Assembly (NCBI GenBank): GCA_963811105.1
Contig: CAWEPZ010000011.1
Location: forward strand, 1,120,001-1,184,000
Source: Candidatus Bathyarchaeota archaeon
GTDB taxonomy: Archaea; Thermoproteota; Bathyarchaeia; Bathyarchaeales; Bathycorpusculaceae
Direction: 5' to 3'
Length of the DNA: 64,000 nucleotides
In this document: piece by piece, positions 41,007 through 52,175 of the stretch
Numbering within the stretch: position 1 is the first letter of the stretch
Layout: each line of letters begins with the position of its first letter
The notes under the pieces: generated by a model
Told to the model about the DNA's origin: nothing
Databases searched by the model: none
What the model saw: only the letters and a program-made list of their open reading frames with translations
Made by a program: the position numbers and the translations under genes

Positions 41007-41227
41007 CCTCTTTCTACATTTGTTCTAGTAGTTTTTACCCTCACCTCTTAAATAAAAGCTCAATTTTCACAATTGAATGATCCCGCAAAAATTAACGCAG
41101 AAGCTGATTTCTCTAACCAAATGATGCTTCAGATAGGAAAAATAAAAAATCAATATATGCTACAATCAAGTTACTTCTAATTGTCAAACTGCAAAGGTAG
41201 GCAGATTGTTCACGGAGAGTTTAGCTT

Positions 41228-41878
41228 ATGGGTTTGATTCCTGACGATAAAAAAGAGCTACTTAGAAATGATTTCAAAGAAAAACTGGTTGACCCAGTCA
41301 AGATTGTAATGTTTACTCAAGAGATAGAATGCCGATTCTGCTCCGACACCCGACAGCTAGTGCAGGACATAGCTACTATAAATGATAAGATAACTATTCA
41401 AGTTTACGATTTCATTAAAGACGCAGACAAAGCCAAGGAATATGGCATCACCAAGATTCCAGCCTTAGCCATAGTCGGAGCAAAAGATTATTGCGTGCGA
41501 ATTTACGGGATACCTTATGGGTATGAACTTCAAACCTTGATTGAAGCAATAGTCAATGTTTCAAGAGGCAGAGGCAAAACTGACTTATCCGACAAAACAA
41601 AGCAGATTCTGTCGGAAATTAAAACGCCCGTTCACATTCAAGTCTTCGTCACTCTTACCTGTCCTCATTGTCCTGCAGCTGCGGCTGTTGCCCACAAATT
41701 AGCTATTGAAAGTGACATGGTCAAAGCGGATGTAATAGAAACGAGTGAGTTTCCAGATTTAGCCATGAAGTACAACGTTATTGGTGTTCCGAAAATAGTT
41801 GTCAATGAAAAAGTGGAGTTTGTTGGAGCATTTAACGAGGATTTATTCGCTGAGAATGTGTTGTTGGGCGCATTTTAA
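41228..41878 (+). CDS. Protein disulfide oxidoreductase (two thioredoxin folds)
   Basis: CRFC and CPHC active sites; GIPYGYE. Confidence 0.9.
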   Translation: MGLIPDDKKELLRNDFKEKLVDPVKIVMFTQEIECRFCSDTRQLVQDIATINDKITIQVYDFIKDADKAKEYGITKIPALAIVGAKDYCVRIYGIPYGYELQTLIEAIVNVSRGRGKTDLSDKTKQILSEIKTPVHIQVFVTLTCPHCPAAAAVAHKLAIESDMVKADVIETSEFPDLAMKYNVIGVPKIVVNEKVEFVGAFNEDLFAENVLLGAF

Positions 41879-41938
41879 GAAAACGGGGCAATTGACGAGT
41901 CAAAAAAGAAGAGAACATTAATTCTAAACCTTAAAGGT

Positions 41939-42130
41939 TTAGCAGTGCCCTCCGCAACCGCAGCTATGAGTACCTGGTTTAGCAGAACCTCCAACATATT
42001 TTGCTGGATCTTTGTCAAAGGTTGTTTTGCAGGAGGGAGCACAGAAATAGAAGGTTTTACCGTTATAGTCGGATTTTAGCTTACCTTTTTTCTCGTCAAC
42101 CATCATGCCACAAACTGGATCTTTAGCCAT
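41939..42130 (-). CDS. YHS/TRASH domain metallochaperone
   Basis: DPVCGM...FYFCAPSC...DPAKY, C-terminal HSCGCGGHC. Confidence 0.88.
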   Translation of the reverse strand: MAKDPVCGMMVDEKKGKLKSDYNGKTFYFCAPSCKTTFDKDPAKYVGGSAKPGTHSCGCGGHC

Positions 42131-42157
42131 AATTTTTTCACCTCACATTACGATATT

Positions 42158-44278
42158 TTACTGTTTTAATTTGGATGATTTAAACTTAGCCAACTTCAAC
42201 AGTGCAGAGTTACTGACGACGGTTAGGCTGCTTATCGCCATTGCCCCAGCCGCATACATGGGATTCAGCAAACCTGCAGCCGCTATTGGAATCATGATAA
42301 CGTTGTAGGCAAAAGCCCAAAACAGGTTAGTGTCAATTTTACGCATGGTTTTCTTGCTAAGTTCAACGCCTAAGGCTACATCTCGTAAGTCATCTCGTAT
42401 AAGTACTATGCCCCCTGTCTCTTTCGCAATGTCGGTTCCGCTGCCAATAGCAATGCCGATGTCGGCTTGAGCCAACGCTGGCGCATCATTGATTCCGTCA
42501 CCAACCATCGCAACTATTTTTCCTTCACTCTGCATTTTCTTTATGACATCTGATTTCTGCCATGGCAACACGTTTGCAATGACCTTGGGTATGCGTAGTT
42601 GCTGGGCGATGGCGTTTGCTGTTCTTTCATTGTCGCCTGTGAGCATGGCAACCTCCAAATTCATCTCTTTTAGGAGCTCAACTGCTTCTGCGGCGCTTTC
42701 TTTCACTGTATCCATAACTGCAACTAATCCGACAGCCACTGCCTCGACAGCCAATATCATAACAGTTTTGCCTTGTGACTCCAGCGATGTTAAATCAGCC
42801 TCAATTTCGCTTATAGAAACGTTTTGTTCCGACATTAACTTGCGATTTCCAAACAGCACTTCTTTGTCTCCGACAATGCATTGGACGCCTCTGCCAGGCA
42901 AAGCCTCAAAACTGTCGGCTTCTAGAATCTTTACTTTATCAACTTGAGCTTTGTTGAGGATTGCCTCTGCCAAGGGATGCTCTGAGCCTTTCTCAGCGGC
43001 ACCTGCAAACAGCAACACGCTTTGCTGAGTGTAGGCTTTGTAGGTTTTGATGTCGGTTACACTTGGCTCTCCCTTTGTCAAGGTGCCTGTTTTGTCAAAT
43101 ACGACAGTTGTGAGTTTTCTTGCTTTTTCAACGTATTCGCCGCTTCGTAGGAGTACGCCGTATTCTGCGCCTTTGCCGACACCTGCAAGAATAGCTGTCG
43201 GAGTAGCTATGCCCAGCGCGCATGGGCAAGAGATTAAAATAACGGCTAACAAGGATAGAAATGCTTTTGTAAAGTCGCCGCTCGCTATGAACCAGTAACT
43301 AAATGAAACTGCCGCGACTGTCAAGATGATTGGAACAAACCATTTGACTATGCGATCAGCAAATCTCTGAACTGGAGCGCTTGAAGCTTGAGCCTCTTCA
43401 ACGAGGTGAACGATTTGTGATAGGGCGGTTTCGCTGCTGAGTTTCGTGACTTTAATTGTCAGGAGTCCGGTTTTGTTGATTGTGGCGCCGATGACTTCGC
43501 TTCCGATAGTTTTCTCGACAGGAATGCTTTCTCCAGTGAGCAGTTTCTCGTCGACAGACGAGTGTCCCGCGGTTACTGTTCCGTCGATTGGGATTTTTTC
43601 GCCTGGCTTGACAAAGACTATGTCGTCTACTTTGACCTCATCAATCGGCATGTCGATTTCCTTTCCATCTTTGACGACGCGAGCCATTGTCGGTTGCATT
43701 TCGAGCAGTTTGCGTATTGATGCTGCCGAGCGCCGTCGGATTAATTCTTCTATGTATCTGCCCAGCAAAACGAACGCCAGGATGCCGATGGCTACTTCCA
43801 TGTAACCTGTGCCGGGTTGTGTGTTGGTGGTGGCAGAAGGCAGGAAGAAGACAGTTATGACTCCGTATACCCAACCCGCAACAACTCCGACTGTTACCAG
43901 AACATCCATGTTGATATTGCGGTTTCTTAAGGAGCGGTATGCACCTTTGTATATCTTGTAGCCAGCTATCCAGACAATTGGTGTCGAGACAACGAAAATA
44001 ATTATGTCATAAATTCTTAGTCCACCGACGACATCAAGATACATTATTGCGGTGATGAGACCAAACAATGTTAGCACTTTCAAAACAAGTGCCGCTATTG
44101 CCCCAGTTAAAGTGAATGTAACTCGGCGCTGCATCGCTTTTAGTTCACGTTCTGGCGCTGTGTAGACGTCGAGGCATTGTTGGCTGCAAAAGTAGTAGGT
44201 TCGGTCGCCTATCTTGGCGCTGAGGGCTGTTTCTGTGTCTACATCCATGCCGCATACGGGATCTCGTATTGTTACCAT
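42158..44278 (-). CDS. copA: Cu(I)-translocating P1B ATPase with N-terminal YHS domain
   Basis: DPVCGM, TGES, CPCALG, DKTGTLT, HP, GDGIND, YN and MxxSS. Confidence 0.93.
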   Translation of the reverse strand: MVTIRDPVCGMDVDTETALSAKIGDRTYYFCSQQCLDVYTAPERELKAMQRRVTFTLTGAIAALVLKVLTLFGLITAIMYLDVVGGLRIYDIIIFVVSTPIVWIAGYKIYKGAYRSLRNRNINMDVLVTVGVVAGWVYGVITVFFLPSATTNTQPGTGYMEVAIGILAFVLLGRYIEELIRRRSAASIRKLLEMQPTMARVVKDGKEIDMPIDEVKVDDIVFVKPGEKIPIDGTVTAGHSSVDEKLLTGESIPVEKTIGSEVIGATINKTGLLTIKVTKLSSETALSQIVHLVEEAQASSAPVQRFADRIVKWFVPIILTVAAVSFSYWFIASGDFTKAFLSLLAVILISCPCALGIATPTAILAGVGKGAEYGVLLRSGEYVEKARKLTTVVFDKTGTLTKGEPSVTDIKTYKAYTQQSVLLFAGAAEKGSEHPLAEAILNKAQVDKVKILEADSFEALPGRGVQCIVGDKEVLFGNRKLMSEQNVSISEIEADLTSLESQGKTVMILAVEAVAVGLVAVMDTVKESAAEAVELLKEMNLEVAMLTGDNERTANAIAQQLRIPKVIANVLPWQKSDVIKKMQSEGKIVAMVGDGINDAPALAQADIGIAIGSGTDIAKETGGIVLIRDDLRDVALGVELSKKTMRKIDTNLFWAFAYNVIMIPIAAAGLLNPMYAAGAMAISSLTVVSNSALLKLAKFKSSKLKQ

Positions 44279-44336
44279 AAACTTTCCTTCGCTATGTTAG
44301 ATTAACTGGCGCTTTAATACTTATAAATGTGTCTGA

Positions 44337-44352
44337 AAAAGATATATCTTTT
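44337..44352. promoter_or_regulatory. Perfect 16-bp palindrome upstream of the copA TATA box
   Basis: AAAAGATATATCTTTT; minus-strand TTTATAAG at ~44320-44328. Confidence 0.45.
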
Positions 44353-44409
44353 AGCCATGTCAGAGAAGCGTATACAAAAGCATCGCCCAAACCCAACAAC
44401 CTGAAGCAA

Positions 44410-45138
44410 TTAAGTAAACAAACTACGGGCCGCAATCAAAACTGCAACTACCACGGAAACAACGAAAAGCGGCAAAGAAATCATTCTAAAATTATCCGAT
44501 TCAAACTTGCCATTATCTTTCAGTAGCTTGAATATCAAAATCGCCAGACTCAACCAGAAAACGCCAAGCAAACCTGCTCCAAGAACATCGCTAAACCAAT
44601 GAACATTTAAGTACACCCGGCTAAAACCCACTGCAGAGGTTACAGTGACAGCTCCAATGCCAATTGACGTTTGAGACCTCGCAGTTTTCCAATGTTGCAA
44701 AGCAAGATAAGTAATTGAACCACAAAAAACCAGACTTCCAGCAGTATGACCGCTCGGAAAAGAAAAACCAGAGGCAAACTCTAACCCGTTCAATGGTCTG
44801 GAAGATTCAATCAAGTTCTTAAACACCGAAACAAGCAAAGCGTCGCCCCCCATCGCCCCTAGCAGAAGTAAGCTTTCGCTTCTGCGATTTTTGAGGAAGA
44901 GGTAGGAAGCAATAACTAAGGACAATAACAACAGAAAAGAGGTGTCAAAAACAACCGCAAACCCTTTTGCTATGTAGGTTAATGGGCTTGACTGAATTGA
45001 AGGAATCCAGATGCTGACTAATACGTCAAATGAGCGGAAACTTGGCCTAAGAATCGTAATAAGGAGGAAACCTACGAGAAAAACTAAGCAAATAAATGTT
45101 AGTAGCTTTTCGTTTCGAGAAAATTTTAGATTCGTCAC
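44410..45138 (-). CDS. PAP2 family membrane phosphatase
   Basis: K-x6-RP, SFPSGH, SRVYLNVHWFSDV. Confidence 0.9.
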   Translation of the reverse strand: MTNLKFSRNEKLLTFICLVFLVGFLLITILRPSFRSFDVLVSIWIPSIQSSPLTYIAKGFAVVFDTSFLLLLSLVIASYLFLKNRRSESLLLLGAMGGDALLVSVFKNLIESSRPLNGLEFASGFSFPSGHTAGSLVFCGSITYLALQHWKTARSQTSIGIGAVTVTSAVGFSRVYLNVHWFSDVLGAGLLGVFWLSLAILIFKLLKDNGKFESDNFRMISLPLFVVSVVVAVLIAARSLFT

Positions 45139-45234
45139 TTTTGATTCAACTTATTCTAATCTAATATTGGCTGGGCAACTCTATTGCAAACGATGACGCG
45201 ATGTAAAGTGTCAACTGACTATGCGAACAATAGA

Positions 45235-45510
45235 TTATTCTACCCGCTTAATTATGTGGTACCCAAACTGCGTCTTAACAGGACCAGAAATTTGGCCTTT
45301 TTCAAGCTCAAAGGCGGCTCTTTCAAACTCTTTAACCATCTTGCCCCTTGTAAAAGTCCCAAGGTCTCCACCATTTTTTGCGGATGGGCAGAGTGAAGCG
45401 TTTTTGGCTATTGCACCGAATTTTTCGCCTTTTTCTATTCGAGCTTTTATGTTTTTAGCTTCAGTCTCTGTTTTGACGAGTATGTGTGCACAGTGAATTT
45501 TATCCGGCAT
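45235..45510 (-). CDS. ppiC: Parvulin-type peptidyl-prolyl isomerase
   Basis: MPDKIHCAHILVK, SLCPS..GGDLG, MVKEFE, VKTQFGYHII. Confidence 0.92.
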   Translation of the reverse strand: MPDKIHCAHILVKTETEAKNIKARIEKGEKFGAIAKNASLCPSAKNGGDLGTFTRGKMVKEFERAAFELEKGQISGPVKTQFGYHIIKRVE

Positions 45511-45712
45511 AAAAAGGACTAAGCATAACGTTGACATATAACTGTTACCCGCAAAATAAACCAAATTTTCGCCGAAAACACGATTTATCACTCAAGAACA
45601 ATTTTTCCTAGAATATTACCCATTAAACCATAAACTAAGCTATGTAAGTTAGGTCTAACAAGCGCCAATAAAATACATAAAAATGTTAAAACGTTAAGCC
45701 ATAGTTTCCCAG

Positions 45713-45733
45713 TTACTTCGAACTTCGAAGTAA
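45713..45733. promoter_or_regulatory. 21-bp palindrome, candidate operator
   Basis: TTACTTCGAA-C-TTCGAAGTAA. Confidence 0.5.
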
Positions 45734-45778
45734 TCGCCAACATAATTGTTATAACAAAAGCAGCCATTTAGGTTGTCT

Positions 45779-45889
45779 ATGGTAACCTCTATTCAACTTA
45801 GGAACATAGAAGAAGTGCAAATCATTGATCGGACTACAGTAGAGCAAATTGCAAAAATAATTCGGTTTCTAAAAAACATAGAAGACTGA
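45779..45889 (+). CDS. Candidate 36-aa small protein
   Basis: MVTSIQLRNIEEVQIIDRTTVEQIAKIIRFLKNIED; SD-like AGGTTG; TTATAA upstream. Confidence 0.45.
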   Translation: MVTSIQLRNIEEVQIIDRTTVEQIAKIIRFLKNIED

Positions 45890-46008
45890 CACTGAAAAAA
45901 CAAAAGTTTTCAATCATTTAAAATTAAGTTCAATTAAAATAATAAAGAAGGAAATAATCTCTCAATTATCGATGAGAGATAACGCATAACTTATCGTTAG
46001 CTGCAGAT

Positions 46009-46188
46009 TTATTCAATTACTTGAATTGCGCCTTCAGGGCACTGAGCTTCACATGCTCTACAAACCAAGCACTCACTGACATTCTTCGGTGTTGATTTGC
46101 CGTCTTTAATTTCATAGACGCCGACAGGGCAAGTATTTACGCATGTTTCGCATCCAGTGCATTTAGGGTCAACAACTATTTTTACCAT
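46009..46188 (-). CDS. 2x[4Fe-4S] ferredoxin (59 aa, missed by the ORF track)
   Basis: MVKIVVDPKCTGCETCVNTCPVGVYEIKDGKSTPKNVSECLVCRACEAQCPEGAIQVIE; SD GAGGT. Confidence 0.93.
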   Translation of the reverse strand: MVKIVVDPKCTGCETCVNTCPVGVYEIKDGKSTPKNVSECLVCRACEAQCPEGAIQVIE

Positions 46189-46247
46189 TTATATTACCTC
46201 TGATTTTCTTGAAAAGCTAGTGTGTAAAATAAAAGGGTTTAGGTATT

Positions 46248-48077
46248 TCAGCGAGTTTTTTCACGTAATCTTAGCAAGATTCCGTTTATAGTTGATTCAG
46301 CTTTCTCTTTGCGTTTCTGGTATCCATTAATGCTTTCCTTGTAAGTTTCCAATGAAATTTCACCTGTTTTTTGGCGTGATTCAAGGCTCTTTATGTTTTC
46401 GTCAGCTTCAGTCAAGTCTTCTTCGGCAGAATCAAGCTGCTTAGCGATATCCGAGTAGAGGCTCCCTGAGTTTCGGAATACATCTTTAAGCTTATCAGTA
46501 CTCCTGTTGATTGTTTCTAGGCGAATCTCCATGGCTTTTCGCTGAGCCTTATATTGGCTTCTTGGAATCTTTCCTTTCTGGGCTCTTGATTCAAGCGATT
46601 TTAATTCTATTTTTAATTGTTTTTTCTCTTCGTAGGCGTCAGTGAAATCTCGAATGTTCTCAGTAGTTAATCTCTGGCCAGCCATGAGTTTAACCTCCGC
46701 AGTCTGCTTGATGGATGTTGCCTGTGTCGGCTCCTGGGAGGCAGTTTTTTGCATTTTAGGTATGGTTATTTCCTTTGTCTTGCGCTTTCTAAATATAACG
46801 GCACCTACACAACCGATCACTGCAAGAAGTGAGAGCCAAAAAGTAGGTCTGAAAGAAGCCCAAACCGGGTTATAATTATATGCGATCTGCACAGTAATAT
46901 TTTCTGGAGTGCTGTAATCCAAGTAGCTTATTCCATTTCTCATTAATGTAAGAGTTTCTTGGAAAGAATTCCTTGTTAATGTAGAAGAGGAATCAAGAGC
47001 TGACAGTTTTGGGCTTACGATTGAGGCACCTTCAGGTGGAACAAAAGTGAATGTTGCATGCTCAACAAAATAATAGAAATCTGGGAAAAGATAGAACTTT
47101 CCTATACTGTATTGGGTACCTTGAAACGTTGCACTTGGCAAATTATAGTCAGCGGTGAGAATTGTTGATTGACCACTTGATAAGAACGTAACCAAAGTAG
47201 CGTTAATAAGTTCTGCGTTATGAGTTACGTCACTACTGCCATAACTAATTGTTCCAGCTACTTCCGTTTTTAATGCTCTGTCAAATGAATCTCTGATAAC
47301 ATTGTTGGAAGAGGTAGTAGGAACACCTAAAATAAATGTTGTCATCGTAGATGGGGAGTTGTTAGTAAGGTGATACTTATCTGAAACAGCCACTACACCT
47401 GATGGCTCAATCGTAATTGTGCGATCTAAGGAACTAATTGTCGTTAACTGTAAAGTTCCTATTGATATTTGGAAAGAAGCTAATCCCACAATATTAGTAT
47501 AGGGAGCTAAGTTTTGAGCTGCATAATTGTTTCCTTTAACTTCTCCATCAGTTTTACTGATGTTTAAATTCGCGGGAGAGCTTGGAAAATTTATAGTCAC
47601 ATTACAATTTCCAATTCTTTGTGTGAGACTTGGATAAGCTGGATAATCAAGAGTATAAATCGAATCAAATGGGTTAAAACTAATAACATCAGAAGATAAG
47701 ACAAATGCGACAGTAAAAACGCTAGGTGTTTTTCCATTAAAACTTACTTGAGTTCCATAAAATTCGCTTTGGCTACCTAGTTGGACACCTAAAGTCACTG
47801 GGTAAGAATTGTTGTCATCAAATGCTACAACTCTTAGGATGCTATCACTGTACTTTGAGGGCAAACCAATCATGAAATCATCGGTAACCTGACCAGAAAC
47901 ATGAATTGTATCTCGAATGAGTACTTGCCCAGAATACATTACTTCAACCTCATGATCTATCTGAGTGACGCTATAACCTGCGCTTTGAGCGGAAACCGTT
48001 CCATTAAGCAAAACGATTGGCAAGAAAACTATTAAAAGGAAAAATGTTACCATGAAGATCGCTAAGGCTCGTTTCAC
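46248..48077 (-). CDS. Type I membrane protein, ribophorin-I-like beta-rich ectodomain with cytoplasmic coiled-coil tail
   Basis: Signal peptide, LDRTITIEPSG...VSDKYHLTN, PPEGA, TM, long charged helical C-terminus; family assignment inferred. Confidence 0.6.
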   Translation of the reverse strand: MKRALAIFMVTFFLLIVFLPIVLLNGTVSAQSAGYSVTQIDHEVEVMYSGQVLIRDTIHVSGQVTDDFMIGLPSKYSDSILRVVAFDDNNSYPVTLGVQLGSQSEFYGTQVSFNGKTPSVFTVAFVLSSDVISFNPFDSIYTLDYPAYPSLTQRIGNCNVTINFPSSPANLNISKTDGEVKGNNYAAQNLAPYTNIVGLASFQISIGTLQLTTISSLDRTITIEPSGVVAVSDKYHLTNNSPSTMTTFILGVPTTSSNNVIRDSFDRALKTEVAGTISYGSSDVTHNAELINATLVTFLSSGQSTILTADYNLPSATFQGTQYSIGKFYLFPDFYYFVEHATFTFVPPEGASIVSPKLSALDSSSTLTRNSFQETLTLMRNGISYLDYSTPENITVQIAYNYNPVWASFRPTFWLSLLAVIGCVGAVIFRKRKTKEITIPKMQKTASQEPTQATSIKQTAEVKLMAGQRLTTENIRDFTDAYEEKKQLKIELKSLESRAQKGKIPRSQYKAQRKAMEIRLETINRSTDKLKDVFRNSGSLYSDIAKQLDSAEEDLTEADENIKSLESRQKTGEISLETYKESINGYQKRKEKAESTINGILLRLREKTR

Positions 48078-48603
48078 TCGTATTCACCAATTAAGTTTCT
48101 TTAATCTTGTGTTCGCCTATTTATTACTTTGCAGTAAGATGCGCAAATTATTTATTTTTATTTTTTTTTTTATAATTTTATAGAAATAGATTAGATTGAA
48201 ATTTGAATAAGAAGCGTGGATCTTTGACTTATTAGTATTTTGCTTTTTTTTTAAAATATTTAGGGTTTGCAGTTAAGACAAAACCTGGACAACCACATTC
48301 TTCAAAAAACGAAAGTCAGTCTTTTTTTTGCTTCTATAAAGTTAAAGTGGCGAAATCATATTCTTTTTTATCGAAAAGCAGCGAGGATTTTTATTCGAGT
48401 ATATAGTAGTGTTGTAGATATAGATATTAATTATATTGTGTTTTGTGTTTTTTTTTTAATTTATATTTTAAAAAAAAGATGAGATAGAAAAAAGTTTGTT
48501 ATTTATAAGTTTTGTAAGAAATGGATAAGGAAAAATGTTAAATGTAGATTGATTGAGTGGGAGTTTATGTTAGGTTAAAGTTTAACAAAATGAAGGAAAA
48601 AAA

Positions 48604-50936
48604 ATGAATAGAAAAACAAAATTGATCGCATACTAATTGTATTTTAATGATAGCTTTTTAACTTTGTAGCAATTACAGTTAAAGCTGCTCAATACACAAA
48701 TTTGTAAGATAGCGGTGGAATATGATTGCGTAGGTGTTATGCATATCAGATAGTTCAAATAATAGCTTAAATGAGCTTCACATTAACTATAGGAATTGGT
48801 TAATAGCTTCTTAGTGAATGTATGGTTTCACTATACTTCAGGTATTCGATATATGAAGGATGCGCTTCAAGTGATTTTACAAGATTGACGGTACATAAGA
48901 TATAGTTGGTCTGTTTATATAAAGGTGATATATCAGCTTGGTTTGATTACACGCTAATCAGGTTGGCATATGGATAATCAAGTTTGATTTTTGGTGTTAT
49001 TTCAGCGGGAAACTATAGCGTAGAGATTGGAATATGTGGTGGTTCAGTGTTCAACGCTCTCTCTCAGTTACTATGCATATTCTGACGGATTTACACTTAA
49101 CTGTTCACAATATGGTAGCTTCTTGTATGCTATGCTAACTGATTACTGGATAAGATTAATATGCTGAGAATCGAGAATGGTGGTCAATGCGGAATATTGC
49201 ACTGGTATAATAGGAGGAGGACTATGGATAGCAGATATAAACACATATATGAGCAACTATAAGTTCACGCTACGTTCAAGCGCTAAGCACGCTCACATGC
49301 ATGGAGAAGGTAGATGCTCTACGGACTGTTGGAGGCATATGGGGATAACAATTATGTACAATGTACTTTTCGCAAATATACAAGTGGTCAAACATAGTTA
49401 TGACGGCAGATGCTACAAACTCTCACAAAACCAATGACAACTTTAGTGAACGGTACATGCGAACGTTCCACACCGTTGGGAAGCAATGATTGCGAACTGG
49501 CGAAGTATACTGGCATTGACAGACGTAGTTCGCTAACAATGATTTTCTATGAATATTAATGTGCTGGCACGATCCAAATCCTGGGGAGTTACAGCATCAT
49601 TGGTAGCAGTAGTGATGGAAGAATGATTAAATACGATCATTACGGAGCTGTGACAGTAACGTTCGCATATGATAACAGGTACCTTTACATGGGATAATAC
49701 TTCTTAAGCGTACAGAACTTGGCAGTGCAGGTTACGCTTAATCAACTGGACAGTGCAGGGCGATGTATCAGGTTTGGCTTTCACAACTACAGGCTAATGG
49801 TAATGAACATATAACTGGTATTCAGCAGTTTAGGCACGTAGACTACGATAGCGGCATACTGTTAACACTCAGTAGTACTTCTCTGCACGGGGTTGCAGTG
49901 ACGTGTATATACAAATTAGTTAACAACTGGATATATGCTGTGGAACGTTCAGCGGGTGGTTTTGTACTTTTCAGTGGTAGCACTCAGTGCTGATATGGAA
50001 TATACGCGTTCGCTTCGATGATGGATACTGGTACGCTGGGATTGAATTCAGGTATAAACTATGGATAGGTGAATTGACAAGCTGGATGGGGAGCTTTGGG
50101 GATTACGGCGTTGATCATACGGCGGATGATAATCTCATATCAATATGACGGCGTGCAGCTACACTGGACCAACGGATAATAGTTTGTCTACCAGATAAAC
50201 TATACTCACGAACTCCCAGAGGGGTATTATGGTTCTCAATGGGTTACAGCATCATCGCTGATGGGAAGCTTTTCACATACAACAGTGAGCACACGCAGTC
50301 AATATACAAGAGGCTGGAGATTATGCATAAACATAAACAGGCGAAGGCATTGGAACATACAGGCTCTATGGCTCAACGCAGTGGCTGATGGATACCTATA
50401 GCAGGCAACGCATATGACGGCTACATGTATGTTTCGGGAAGGGCAGAGCGCACAACAGTTTCTGCTCAGACACGGTGACTTGGACTCAGTGTTGATTAAG
50501 GTACAGTTCTGGATCAGTTCCTGCTCAGCAGGTACTCCTGTGTTCGGCAGGTCATGGCACATACATGGAGTACTTGCATATGCAGAAGCGATCCCCAGCA
50601 CTTCACTGTGACTGGTGTCTGTCAGCTACTTGCTATTGACCGAACGGAACGCAGTTAACATTGGAACGGCAACAGTGAGTAGTGGCAACTCCAGTATGAA
50701 TTTACTCCGACAATCGACGGTGTTAAAGATTACAGCCACATTACAGGCGACGATGCTTATGGCATTCATGGGTAGATACAGGACTATCAGTCGGTGTAGT
50801 GCCTCAAGCATCCCAGACTGAACTGCATAGCAACGCAAACAGATTATACCATGACAATTATTGCTGCAGCTATTGGATTAGCATTGTTGTTGTTATCTCA
50901 GTTGCCATAGCTGTTATGATACTTGAGAAACGATAA
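48604..50936 (+). pseudogene. Large PQQ-propeller/surface protein gene, shattered by many deletions and C>T changes (pseudogene or consensus artefact)
   Basis: Readable fragments: MNRKTKLIA, TDYW, REWW, NTYMSNYKFT, IIADGKLFTYNSEH, MATYMEYLHMQK, DYTMTIIAAAIG...RKR*. Confidence 0.75.
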
Positions 50937-50999
50937 ATCAATCTGACAAAACCAAAACCCCATTTTCTTTTTTTCGTTAATCAAACTCCAAAAAGAGAA

Positions 51000-51384
51000 A
51001 AAACCCAGCCCAAACGGAGGTATATCCTTTCTCTCAAGAAAAGCTGAAAAGTTTTCATTACTTACCGCATTATGCAATGATATTTGTTGTTCAATGAAGG
51101 ATCAAACATTCCCTTAATCGTAAATAGGGTGCTTATTATGCTCTGAACCTAAGCCCATAGGTTGAAAAACTGTTTCGAATTTATTCCACCGCAATATTTG
51201 TTCTTGAGTCATAGAATAGAGTACCAGTATGTCGAAATCGAGAAGTCTATCTTTTTCTCTAAGAATCCCACCAAGGCATAAATAGCATTAACTTGAACTG
51301 GAAGATCTAACTATGCATGTTTTCAATTAATCGCTCAAGATTCCTAAGAAGGGTTGACCTTCGTAGGCTATTCTTATTGGGCAT
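51000..51384 (-). pseudogene. Fragmented pol-beta-superfamily nucleotidyltransferase-like gene
   Basis: MPNKNSLRRSTLLRNLERLIE...LPVQVNAIYA[fs]GGILREKDRLLDFDILVLY (GG-x-DxD-like); 3' boundary approximate. Confidence 0.45.
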
Positions 51385-51599
51385 CGTTTAATTGATTAAT
51401 GTTGAAATTCTTTTTAAATTTAGGGCAGAGCAAGTGAGAAGTTTTTTATCTTTAAACGACTAAATATATCAATCGTTGTCTTGTTTTGTGTTGTCTTCAG
51501 AGTTAACTCTCTGTTTTGTTGTCTCCTTGATGTAAAGTGAAAAGTGATTCAAGCTTCCCTGGCTGCAAAAAATGTTTGAAGATTTCAAGGAAAAGTTGG

Positions 51600-52020
51600 A
51601 AAACTGCAAAACAAGCTCTATCAAAATGCAGGATTAATTTCTTCAGGTGAATCCCTTGGAAGACGATACGACATTGCGTTCACAGCATACTGAAAATACT
51701 CAAAACTCAACTTATGTCATTAAACGTTCAAGCAGACTACATCGAATACATGATGGGACACACCATCAGCACCTACCACGACATACAGATGAAAGGCGTA
51801 GAATTTCTACGCGCATATACGCAACTTCAGGCTTAAGCATTAAACCTAAAACACGAATCAACAAAATAGACGCACTCAAAGAAATCATAAGAAGTGAAAA
51901 CACAACGAAACCTAACCAGAGAAGCCCTAACTAAACCAAACGCAACCATCATCGAAACAAAACAAGTTGAAAACAGCCAAATAAAACAACTCAAAATAAA
52001 TATAAAAAAATAAATGCTAA
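51600..52020 (+). mobile_element. Tyrosine recombinase/integrase C-terminal fragment, frameshifted
   Basis: Across frames: LYQNAGLI...GRRYD..VHSI..KTQLMSLNVQADYIEYMMGHTISTYHDIQMKGVEFLR (HxxR-like box, GH, catalytic Tyr). Confidence 0.75.
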
Positions 52021-52025
52021 AAAAA

Positions 52026-52083
<58 letters not shown>

Positions 52084-52175
52084 ACTTTGCAGTAATCTAC
52101 GGGACATTTAGACCTAAACTATAAAAACAGAAAAATCGTAAGTGTTATGCCCCTTTTTTTCAGCATTGAACAATT

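Noticed and set aside
49177-50838. Short ORF-track calls in this interval
   Set aside because: They are frame fragments or antisense shadows of one shattered surface-protein gene.
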